Shown one piece after another: positions 47,246 to 55,148 of a stretch of 64,000 bases of DNA (positions are counted from its first letter, which is position 1; each line of letters begins with the position of its first letter). Both the position numbers and the translations under genes were made by a program. The DNA is taken from assembly GCA_016869375.1 (NCBI GenBank), contig VGEH01000004.1, forward strand, positions 1,247 to 65,246. Direction: 5' to 3'. Source of the stretch: Alphaproteobacteria bacterium. Its GTDB lineage: Bacteria > Pseudomonadota > Alphaproteobacteria > SHVZ01. The notes beneath the pieces are model-generated. The model was not told where the DNA came from and made no database searches. It saw only the letters and a program-made list of their open reading frames with translations.

Positions 47246-47815
47246 ATGGATGCTTTCCTTGTCTCGACCGGAGTCGTCGCGCTCGCCGAGATCGGCGACA
47301 AGACTCAGCTTCTCGCCTTCGTTCTCGCCGTGCGCTTTCGCCGTCCCTGGCCGATCGTCGCCGGTATCGCGGTGGCGACGCTGCTCAATCATGGGATCGC
47401 CGCCTCGCTGGGCGTGTTCCTCGTCGGGCTCACGGAGGCGGGCTGGCTGCGCTGGGTGATCGGCGGCTCGTTCCTCGCCTTCGCGGCGTGGACGCTGATT
47501 CCGGACCGGCTGGACGAGAAGGAGGTGTCGACCTCCGGTGCGGGCGCCTTCCTGGCTACGGCGATCGCTTTCTTCCTGGTGGAGATTGGGGACAAGACCC
47601 AGGTTGCCACCGTGGCGCTCGCCGCCACCTATCACTCGCTCGTGCTGGTGACCCTCGGCACGAGCCTCGGACTGCTGCTGGTCAACGCGCCGTCGGTGCT
47701 GCTTGGAGAAGGTGTCGCGCGGCGACTGCCGATGACCTGGATCCAGCGCGGTGCGGCCTTGTGCTTCGCGGCGCTCGGCGCGTCCATTCTCGTCGGGCTG
47801 ATAGGGGCGATCTAA
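47246..47815 (+). CDS. UPF0016 (GDT1/TMEM165) family cation transporter, probable Mn2+ exporter
   Basis: Two copies of the E-x-G-D-K-T motif (LAEIGDKTQ, LVEIGDKTQ). 189 aa with 6 TM helices. Confidence 0.85.
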   Translation: MDAFLVSTGVVALAEIGDKTQLLAFVLAVRFRRPWPIVAGIAVATLLNHGIAASLGVFLVGLTEAGWLRWVIGGSFLAFAAWTLIPDRLDEKEVSTSGAGAFLATAIAFFLVEIGDKTQVATVALAATYHSLVLVTLGTSLGLLLVNAPSVLLGEGVARRLPMTWIQRGAALCFAALGASILVGLIGAI

Positions 47816-49005
47816 CTCTTGCGTGCCAGCAGCGCGAGGCAGGCCTCGCGATCGAGAGCGAAATCCGAGGCGATCCAGGCATCCTCGACGCGGCGGAGCG
47901 CCTCGCCGAGCGCCGGGCCCGGGGCGATGCCACGGCGCTGTGCGTCCTCGCCGCTGATCGGCAGCTTCGGCCGTTGCCAGCGCTCCGCATCCGCGATCCA
48001 GGCGCGGAAGCGCTCGTCGCCGGTTTCGGCGAGGGCGATCCAGGCGCTGTCGCTCACCCGAGTCGCCTCATGCGCGTAGAGCAGACCACGCCTCTCGCGT
48101 GTGTTGGCATCGGGTGCGAGCGCCAACGGCGGACACATCTCGAGGAGTCGGCGGGCGTCGGCATTCGAGAGGCGCAGCCGTCGCGTCGCCTCGTCGGCGT
48201 TCTCGGCGAGCAGGGCACCGAGGCGGCGGAGCGGATCGGGCTTGGGCTCCAAGGCGACGAGGCGGGCGAGGCGATCGATCCGCGTCGCGCCGGAGAGCAC
48301 GACATCGAGCACGCCGGCCTCGCTCATCAGGCGAACCGCGTAGTCGGGCCGCGGCCCGACGAGCAACCGGAACAGCTCTTGGCGGATGCGCTCGCCCGAG
48401 AGCGTCTCGGCGAGTGACGCATGCGTCCGGCACGCCGCCAGGGACTCGGCGTCCGGAGCACCTTTTCCGAAGCGGGCATGGAATCGGAAGAAGCGGAGAA
48501 TGCGGAGCGCGTCCTCCTGGATGCGCTGTCCTGCGTCGCCGATGAAGCGGACGATGCCGGCATCGAGATCGGCGACGCCGCCGAAGAAGTCATGCAGCTT
48601 GCCGTCGGGATCGGCGTAGAGCGCGTTGATGGTGAAGTCGCGGCGTGACGCATCCGCCTGCCAATCATCGGTGAAGGCGACACGAGCCCGTCGGCCGAAG
48701 GTCTCGACGTCGCGCCGGAGCGTCGTGACCTCGAAAGGACGGCGATCGGCGATCACGGTGAGGGTGCCGTGATCGATACCGGTCGGGCGCGTGTCGAGGC
48801 CTGCTTCGGCCGCGAGGCGCATGACAGTCGCCGGCTTATCCGGGGTCGCGATGTCGACGTCCTTCGCCTCGACATCCATCAACGCATCGCGGACGGCGCC
48901 ACCGCAGAAGCGGACGGCCGCGCCGTTACGCGTCAGCGCTCCGATCACGCGGCGCGTCTCCGGCGCCGTCATCCAGCCGGGAAGCGGAGAGAGCCGGTCG
49001 CGCAA
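47812..49005 (-). CDS. cca: CCA tRNA nucleotidyltransferase / poly(A) polymerase family protein
   Basis: GGAVRDALMDVEAKDVDIAT nucleotidyltransferase head motif. Start uncertain: TTG 49005 has GGCGAG upstream, and ATG 48972 is the alternative. Confidence 0.8.
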   Translation of the reverse strand: MRDRLSPLPGWMTAPETRRVIGALTRNGAAVRFCGGAVRDALMDVEAKDVDIATPDKPATVMRLAAEAGLDTRPTGIDHGTLTVIADRRPFEVTTLRRDVETFGRRARVAFTDDWQADASRRDFTINALYADPDGKLHDFFGGVADLDAGIVRFIGDAGQRIQEDALRILRFFRFHARFGKGAPDAESLAACRTHASLAETLSGERIRQELFRLLVGPRPDYAVRLMSEAGVLDVVLSGATRIDRLARLVALEPKPDPLRRLGALLAENADEATRRLRLSNADARRLLEMCPPLALAPDANTRERRGLLYAHEATRVSDSAWIALAETGDERFRAWIADAERWQRPKLPISGEDAQRRGIAPGPALGEALRRVEDAWIASDFALDREACLALLARKS

Positions 49006-49013
49006 GCGCTCGC

Positions 49014-49295
49014 CTATTTCGAGGTGCCGGGCACGACGCGGCCATCCTCGAGATGCGGCGGTACATAGGTCGCGCCGGGCTCGTCGCCCGAGTAGAGCGT
49101 GGAGGCGAGGAGCACGACGGCAGTGATCGCGATCCCGGCCGAAGCGAGAACGAACCACGGTACGTCGCCGAGCCGCGGCACCTTCTCCGGTTCGCCGGCG
49201 GCGGCCGCCTTGCGGTGCTCGTTGGCGAACCAAAGGAAATAGACGGTTGCCGGCAGCGCCATCGGCAGCAGCACGGTCAGAAGGATGCGGATCAC
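49014..49295 (-). CDS. Small membrane protein (possibly DUF6111 family)
   Basis: 93 aa from a GTG that overlaps the NUDIX stop (GTGA). Two TM helices (ILLTVLLPMALPATVYFLWF, WFVLASAGIAITAVVLLAS). Confidence 0.55.
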   Translation of the reverse strand: MIRILLTVLLPMALPATVYFLWFANEHRKAAAAGEPEKVPRLGDVPWFVLASAGIAITAVVLLASTLYSGDEPGATYVPPHLEDGRVVPGTSK

Positions 49296-49882
49296 GGTTT
49301 CAGGCGCTCCGCCAAGTTCACCAGCATGCCGGCCGTCGCTCCCCAGATGTAATAGCCGCCATAGGGCAGCACGTAGAAATGTCGGACGACGCCCTGCCAT
49401 TCGCGACTGTGCCGCTCATGGTTCTTGGGATCAGAGACGAAGGAGAGCGGGACCTCGAATACCTCCGCCACCTCGAAGCGATCGGGCAAGAGTTCGAAAG
49501 GGGGCGTTACCCAGCCGACCACCGGTGTGATCTCGAAGCCGGTGCGTGTGCGATAGACGCCGAGGCGTCCCATCACCTCGATGTGGCCCCGATTGAGGCC
49601 GATTTCCTCCTCGGTCTCGCGCAGTGCCGCATCCTCGGGCGACGGGTCGATCTCCTCGATGCGGCCGCCAGGAAAGCTGATCTGCCCCGCATGGTGATGC
49701 AGGTGCTCGGCGCGGCGCGTGAGCAGCACGGTCGTGCCCTCGGGTCGTGCGACCAGAGGCACCAGCACGGCGGCGGCGCGCATGCGATCCGCCGGCGCCA
49801 TGCCGGGATTGAGGTCGTGGTCGCCGCGATCGCGACCGGCGCCCATGAGCCGCAGGCGAATGTCGGAAGGTTTCAGGCTCAC
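49292..49882 (-). CDS. NUDIX hydrolase, CoA pyrophosphatase-like
   Basis: Nudix box GGRIEEIDPSPEDAALRETEEEIGL. The GTG start overlaps the DUF1285 stop (GTGA). Confidence 0.8.
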   Translation of the reverse strand: MSLKPSDIRLRLMGAGRDRGDHDLNPGMAPADRMRAAAVLVPLVARPEGTTVLLTRRAEHLHHHAGQISFPGGRIEEIDPSPEDAALRETEEEIGLNRGHIEVMGRLGVYRTRTGFEITPVVGWVTPPFELLPDRFEVAEVFEVPLSFVSDPKNHERHSREWQGVVRHFYVLPYGGYYIWGATAGMLVNLAERLKP

Positions 49883-50415
49883 GCCTCGACCGATCCCAGC
49901 GGAAAGAACTGGCCGTTGCTCCACACGCCGAATCTGGTCTCTCCCGCCACGGTCTCCTCGCGGCCGAGTTCAACCAGATGATAGTAGACGGGTCGCAGGA
50001 TGCGCGCTTCGAGCCCGTCCCTCACATGCACGTAAGGCGAGGGCGCGCCACTCTCCGGATCGTGATCGACGCGGATCGGATGCTCGGGTCCTGCCTCGAC
50101 TTCATCGTCGACATTGGTGCGAAATCTGAGGCTTTGGCGGAAACCCTCGCCCTCTGCGGTGACTTCGACTGCGGTGAAGGGAGCGTCCTCGACCAAAATT
50201 CGGCCACGTTCGACGGGCGTTATCAGCCAATATTCGCCGTTGTTTTCACGTCGAAGGACTGAGGCGAACAGCTTGACCAGCGGTTTGCGGCCGATCGGCG
50301 AGCCGTGGTAGTACCAAGTGCCGTCCCGGCCAATCGCGATACCGAAATCGCCGCAATGCGCGGCGCTCGGATCGAAGCTCGGGACACGATGGTTTCCGCT
50401 CGTCGGGGCCGTCAT
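49879..50415 (-). CDS. DUF1285 domain-containing protein
   Basis: CGDFGIAIGRDGTWYYHGSPIGRKPLVKLFASVLRRE is typical of DUF1285. ATG 50415. Confidence 0.75.
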   Translation of the reverse strand: MTAPTSGNHRVPSFDPSAAHCGDFGIAIGRDGTWYYHGSPIGRKPLVKLFASVLRRENNGEYWLITPVERGRILVEDAPFTAVEVTAEGEGFRQSLRFRTNVDDEVEAGPEHPIRVDHDPESGAPSPYVHVRDGLEARILRPVYYHLVELGREETVAGETRFGVWSNGQFFPLGSVEA

Positions 50416-50455
50416 GGCAGGATCTTCTCTCCTGAAAAAGAGGATACCGGATTCC

Positions 50456-51463
50456 GTGAGCGCTGCCGAGCCGATCCCCACCGAAGGTACCGCGCTGGTC
50501 GCGGAAATCGAGGCCCTTGGCCAACGCCTTGCGCAGGTGCGAGAACGCGTTCACCGCATCATCTTCGGCCAGGAGCCGGTCGTCGATCAGTCCCTGGTCA
50601 CGCTGCTCTCCGGCGGTCATGGGCTCCTGATCGGCGTGCCGGGCCTTGCCAAGACGCGCCTCGTGGAGACGCTGGGCGTCGTGCTCGGCCTCGACGAAAA
50701 GCGCGTGCAGTGCACACCCGACTTGATGCCGGCCGACATTATCGGCTCGGAAGTGCTGGAGGAAGGAGAGGGCGGCCGTCGCGGCTTTCGCTTCATCCAG
50801 GGTCCGGTCTTCTCGCAGCTGCTGATGGCGGACGAAATCAACCGCGCGAGCCCGCGCACGCAGTCCGCGCTCCTGCAGGCGATGCAGGAGAAGCGCGTCT
50901 CGGTCGCCGGCCGCTACCATCCGCTGCCTGCGCCATTCCATGTGCTGGCGACGCAGAATCCGCTGGAGCAGGAGGGCACCTATCCGCTTCCGGAAGCGCA
51001 GCTCGACCGTTTCCTCCTGCAGATCGATGTCGGGTATCCCGACCTCGAAGCCGAGCGGCGGATGCTGATGGCGACCACCGGCGCCGACGACGAGAAGCCG
51101 CAGGCGGCGATGCGCTCGGACGAGCTGATGCATGCGCAGCGACTCGTTCGCCGCATGCCGGTTGGCGACAGCGTCGTCGAGGCGATTCTCAAGCTGGTCC
51201 GGGCCGGCCGCCCGGAGACCAGCGAGTTCGACGAGGTTAAGAAGCATGTCGCCTGGGGTCCCGGCCCGCGCGCCAGCCAGGCGCTGATGCTGGCCTGCCG
51301 CGCCCGCGCCGTGCTCGACGGGCGGCTGGCGCCGTCCCTCGACGACGTGGTTGCGCTGGCGCCTCCGGTACTTAGGCACAGGATGGCGCTCAATTTCGCC
51401 GCCCGAGCCGAGGGCGTGACCATGGACCAAGTCATCACCCGCCTCGCCCAGCCTTTCGCCTGA
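50456..51463 (+). CDS. MoxR-family AAA+ ATPase
   Basis: Walker A GVPGLAKT and Walker B LLMADEINRA. About 335 aa from GTG 50456. Confidence 0.85.
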   Translation: MSAAEPIPTEGTALVAEIEALGQRLAQVRERVHRIIFGQEPVVDQSLVTLLSGGHGLLIGVPGLAKTRLVETLGVVLGLDEKRVQCTPDLMPADIIGSEVLEEGEGGRRGFRFIQGPVFSQLLMADEINRASPRTQSALLQAMQEKRVSVAGRYHPLPAPFHVLATQNPLEQEGTYPLPEAQLDRFLLQIDVGYPDLEAERRMLMATTGADDEKPQAAMRSDELMHAQRLVRRMPVGDSVVEAILKLVRAGRPETSEFDEVKKHVAWGPGPRASQALMLACRARAVLDGRLAPSLDDVVALAPPVLRHRMALNFAARAEGVTMDQVITRLAQPFA

Positions 51464-51544
51464 TTCACGCGGGTTCGCACGAATCGTGCGGACTCGTCGG
51501 TTGTGGTCGGGGGGTAGACGGGTCAAACTGTGGTCGGTTCGCAC

Positions 51545-52405
51545 ATGCAGCAACGCGCCGAACAGCTCGCCTCGATACTGCCGCCGCTCATGGTGTCGGC
51601 TCAGCGGGTCGCCGCCACGGTGGCCCAAGGCGTCCATGGCCGCCGCCGGGTCGGGCAGGGCGAAACCTTCTGGCAATACCGCCGTTACCTCCCGGGCGAT
51701 TCCGTGCGCTCGGTCGATTGGCGCCGTTCCGCCAAGAGCGACCAGGTCTTCGTGCGCGAGACGGAATGGGAGGCGGCGCAAACCGTGTGGCTCTGGCGCG
51801 ACACCTCGGCCTCGATGCGCTGGCGTTCCAGGCGCGACCTGCCCGAAAAGGCGGACCGCGCCGAGATCCTGTTGCGAGCGCTCGGTCTGCTGCTCGTCGG
51901 GGCCGGCGAGCGCATCGCGCTTCTCGGCGAAAGCCTGCCGCCGACCACAGGACGCACGGCGCTCCTCCGCCTTTCCCACGGCCTCGAGCGCCCGACGGCG
52001 GCGCCGGCCGGCATTCCGAACTTCGAGCCGCTGCCGCGGCATGCCGAGCTCGTACTGATCGGCGATCTCCTGGCGCCGCTGGATGAGGTCCAGGCGCTGG
52101 TAGGCAAGTTCGTCGCGAAGGGCGTGCGCGGTCACTTGCTGCAGGTGCTCGATCCGGCCGAGGAGACGCTGCCCTTCGCCGGCCGCGTGCGCTTCGAAGG
52201 CATGGAGGGCGAGGCGTCGGCGCTGCTGCCCCGCGTCGAGTCGCTGCGCACCGACTATATCGACCGCATGTCCGAGCACCGCGAAGGCCTTGCGCATATC
52301 GCGCGCGCCGCTGGCTGGTACTTCTCGTGCCACCACACGGATCGCTCCGCCGAAAGCGGCTTGCTGGCGCTGTACGGTGCGCTCGCACGCGATCGGATGA
52401 ATTGA
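51545..52405 (+). CDS. DUF58 domain-containing protein (MoxR partner)
   Basis: GETFWQYRRYLPGDSVRSVDWRRSAK DUF58 motif. ATG 51545 (GTG 51530 is the alternative). Confidence 0.8.
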   Translation: MQQRAEQLASILPPLMVSAQRVAATVAQGVHGRRRVGQGETFWQYRRYLPGDSVRSVDWRRSAKSDQVFVRETEWEAAQTVWLWRDTSASMRWRSRRDLPEKADRAEILLRALGLLLVGAGERIALLGESLPPTTGRTALLRLSHGLERPTAAPAGIPNFEPLPRHAELVLIGDLLAPLDEVQALVGKFVAKGVRGHLLQVLDPAEETLPFAGRVRFEGMEGEASALLPRVESLRTDYIDRMSEHREGLAHIARAAGWYFSCHHTDRSAESGLLALYGALARDRMN

Positions 52406-52415
52406 GGCGAACGGC

Positions 52416-55148
52416 ATGCTGACTCTCGGCTCGCTCGCCTTCGCTTCTCCCTGGTTGCTGACCGCGCTCGCGGTCCTTCCGGTGATCTGGCTCCTGCTGC
52501 GCGTGACGCCGCCGGCACCGCGCCGCCTGAACTTTCCGGCGATCCGGATCCTTCACCTGCTGACGCCGAAGGAGGAGACGCCGGCACGCACGCCCTGGTG
52601 GCTCGTGCTGCTGCGGCTGCTGATCGCGGCCTTGGTGATCCTCGGTCTCTCCGAGCCCCTGCTCAACCCGTCGGCGCGCTTGGCCGGAGATGGTCCGGTG
52701 GTCATCGCCCTCGACGACACCTGGGCCGCGGCCCCGCGTTGGGAAGATCGACGCAGGGTGCTGCTTCGCCTGATCGAGGATGCCGAGCAGCAGAGCCGGC
52801 AGGTGGTGCTGCTGACGACCTCCGAAGGCGTAGACGAGGCGCGGCGCTCGAGCGGCGTAGTGCGGCCGACCGATGCGCGTGCCCTGGTGCAGGCGATGGA
52901 GCCGCGGCCCTGGGGACCGGACATGGCCGCTACGGCCGCTGCGCTCGACAAGCTTCAGCTTCCGTCGGCCGGCGCCACCGCCTATCTCGTCGACGGCCTC
53001 GATCACGGGGCCGGGCAGGTGCAGCTTATCGAGCGGCTGCAGCGGCTCGGCCGGCTGACCGCGCATCTGCCGGCGCCGCCTCAGGTCGCTCGCGCGCTGA
53101 TGCCGCCGGACGGTCTCAGCAGCGATCTCGTCGTTGGCGCGCGTCGCCCTATCGCCGGCGCCGAGGCCGAGGTCGCGGTCCGCGCCATTGCCGGCGACGG
53201 GCGCCTGATTGCGCGCGAAGCGGCACGCTTCGCCGCGGACGGCATCAAGACCGAGGTAAAATTCGTTCTGCCGACCGAGCTCAGGAACCAGGTGCAGCGG
53301 CTCGAGATCGAGAACGAGCCCTCGGCGGCGGCCGTGGTGCTGCTCGACGAGCGCTGGCGCCGCCGTCCGGTCGGCCTGATCGGCCCGACGCAGTTCGATG
53401 CTTCGCAGCCCCTGCTGGATGAGCTCCACTACCTCGACAAGGCGCTGGCGCCCTTCGCCGAGGTGAGGCGCGGGCCGGTTGCCGAGCTGCTCAAGCGCGA
53501 GCTCGCCGTCATCCTGCTCCCCGACGCCGGAGCGCTGCCGCCGGCGGACAAGGCGCAGCTCGCGCCGTGGATCGAAGCCGGCGGGGTGCTGATGCGGTTC
53601 GCCGGACCGAAGCTCGCCAACGCCGAGGACGACCTCGTGCCCGTGAAGCTGAGGAAAGGCGACCGCGCGCTCGGCGGCGCGCTCTCGTGGAACCGGCCGC
53701 AGCCTCTCGCTCCCTTCGAGACCGCCAGCCCCTTCGCCGGCCTCGCCGTGCCGACCGACGTCACCGTGCAACGCCAGGTGCTGGCGCAGCCGGGCCTCGA
53801 GCTGAACGAGCGCACCTGGGCGAGGCTCGCTGATGGCACGCCGATCGTGACCGGCGAGCGTCGCGGCCTCGGCTGGAACGTCCTCGTGCACACGACGGCG
53901 ATCCCGACCTGGTCGAACCTGCCGATGTCCGGCCTCTTCGTCGACATGTTGAGGCGCGTCGTTGCCTTGAGCCAGGGCGTCACTGGCAGCGTCTCGACGC
54001 AGCCGTTGCCGCCGATCGAGACGCTGGACGGCTTCGGCCGCATCACCGCGCCGCCGCCCTCGGCGGTCGCGCTCGTCGGCGATGCGCGCGTCGGCTCCCG
54101 CAATCCGCCGGGCTTCTACGGCACCGAGTCGGCGCGGCGCGCGCTTAACCTCGGTCCTTTCGTCGCCGATGCGGCGGCGCTGACCCAGATTCCGAACGGC
54201 GTTACCCGCGCCTCCTATGCGATCGGCGAGGAGACCGTGCTCAAGCCGCACCTGCTTACGGCAGCGCTTCTGCTGCTGCTCATCGACATCGTCATCGGCC
54301 TCGTGCTGCGCGGCCTCATGCCGGGCCGTGTCGCCGCTGCTCGCGCGGCCATCGCGCTGCTCGCGCTGCTGCCGATCGCGGCCGAGGCGCAGACGCGCAA
54401 CCCGCCGTCCCGCGCAAACGCCGTCGATGCCTTCGCGCTGGAGGGGACCCTCAATGTTCGCCTCGCCTATGTAATCACCGGCGATGCGCGTACCGACGAG
54501 ACAAGCCGCCTCGGTCTCGAAGGCCTCACGCACATCCTGCAGCGCCGGACCGCGATCGAGCCTGACGGCCCGCTCGGCGTCGACGTCGAGGCCGACGAGC
54601 TCGCTTTCTTCGCGCTGATCTACTGGCCGATGACGCAGAGCCAGGCGATGCCGAGCCCGTCGGCGATGCAGCGGCTCAACACCTATCTCAAGAATAGCGG
54701 CACCATCGTCTTCGATACGCGCGATGCCGGCGAGATCGTCGTCGATCCTTTTGCCGGCGGCCCCGGCGCGCAGAAGCTGCGCGAGATCGCCCGCGGCCTC
54801 TCGATCCCGGCTCTGGTGCCGGCGCCGCCGGAGCATGTCCTAACCAAGGCCTTCTACCTGCTGAACGACTTCCCCGGCCGCTTCGCCAGCGGCCAGCTCT
54901 GGGTCGAGGCGACGCGCGCGCAGGGCGAGGACGAGGTGTCCTCGGTGATCCTCGGATCGAATGACTGGGCCGGCGCGTGGGCCTCCGATGCCGGCGGGCG
55001 TGCGCTCTATGCCGTCGTCCCCGGCGGCGAGATCCAGCGCGAGATGGCCTTCCGCTTCGGCGTCAACCTGGTGATGTACGCGCTGACCGGCAATTACAAG
55101 GCCGATCAGGTGCATGTACCGGCGATCCTGGAAAGGTTCGGCCAATGA
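52416..55148 (+). CDS. Large membrane-anchored protein with an N-terminal double-TM (BatA_N/TIGR02226-like) domain and a C-terminal DUF4159-like domain
   Basis: 910 aa. The N-terminus SPWLLTALAVLPVIWLLLRVTPP...WWLVLLRLLIAALVIL and the C-terminal block LTKAFYLLNDFPGRF...GVNLVMYALTGNYKADQVH. Confidence 0.7.
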   Translation: MLTLGSLAFASPWLLTALAVLPVIWLLLRVTPPAPRRLNFPAIRILHLLTPKEETPARTPWWLVLLRLLIAALVILGLSEPLLNPSARLAGDGPVVIALDDTWAAAPRWEDRRRVLLRLIEDAEQQSRQVVLLTTSEGVDEARRSSGVVRPTDARALVQAMEPRPWGPDMAATAAALDKLQLPSAGATAYLVDGLDHGAGQVQLIERLQRLGRLTAHLPAPPQVARALMPPDGLSSDLVVGARRPIAGAEAEVAVRAIAGDGRLIAREAARFAADGIKTEVKFVLPTELRNQVQRLEIENEPSAAAVVLLDERWRRRPVGLIGPTQFDASQPLLDELHYLDKALAPFAEVRRGPVAELLKRELAVILLPDAGALPPADKAQLAPWIEAGGVLMRFAGPKLANAEDDLVPVKLRKGDRALGGALSWNRPQPLAPFETASPFAGLAVPTDVTVQRQVLAQPGLELNERTWARLADGTPIVTGERRGLGWNVLVHTTAIPTWSNLPMSGLFVDMLRRVVALSQGVTGSVSTQPLPPIETLDGFGRITAPPPSAVALVGDARVGSRNPPGFYGTESARRALNLGPFVADAAALTQIPNGVTRASYAIGEETVLKPHLLTAALLLLLIDIVIGLVLRGLMPGRVAAARAAIALLALLPIAAEAQTRNPPSRANAVDAFALEGTLNVRLAYVITGDARTDETSRLGLEGLTHILQRRTAIEPDGPLGVDVEADELAFFALIYWPMTQSQAMPSPSAMQRLNTYLKNSGTIVFDTRDAGEIVVDPFAGGPGAQKLREIARGLSIPALVPAPPEHVLTKAFYLLNDFPGRFASGQLWVEATRAQGEDEVSSVILGSNDWAGAWASDAGGRALYAVVPGGEIQREMAFRFGVNLVMYALTGNYKADQVHVPAILERFGQ

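Noticed and set aside
51588-54836. 1082-aa minus-strand ORF (the longest in the track after the kinase) opposite the DUF58 and 910-aa genes
   Set aside because: It is Arg/Asp/Gly/Ala/Pro-rich with no TM helices or domain-like blocks. The plus-strand genes have recognisable DUF58, BatA_N and DUF4159 features and operon coupling.
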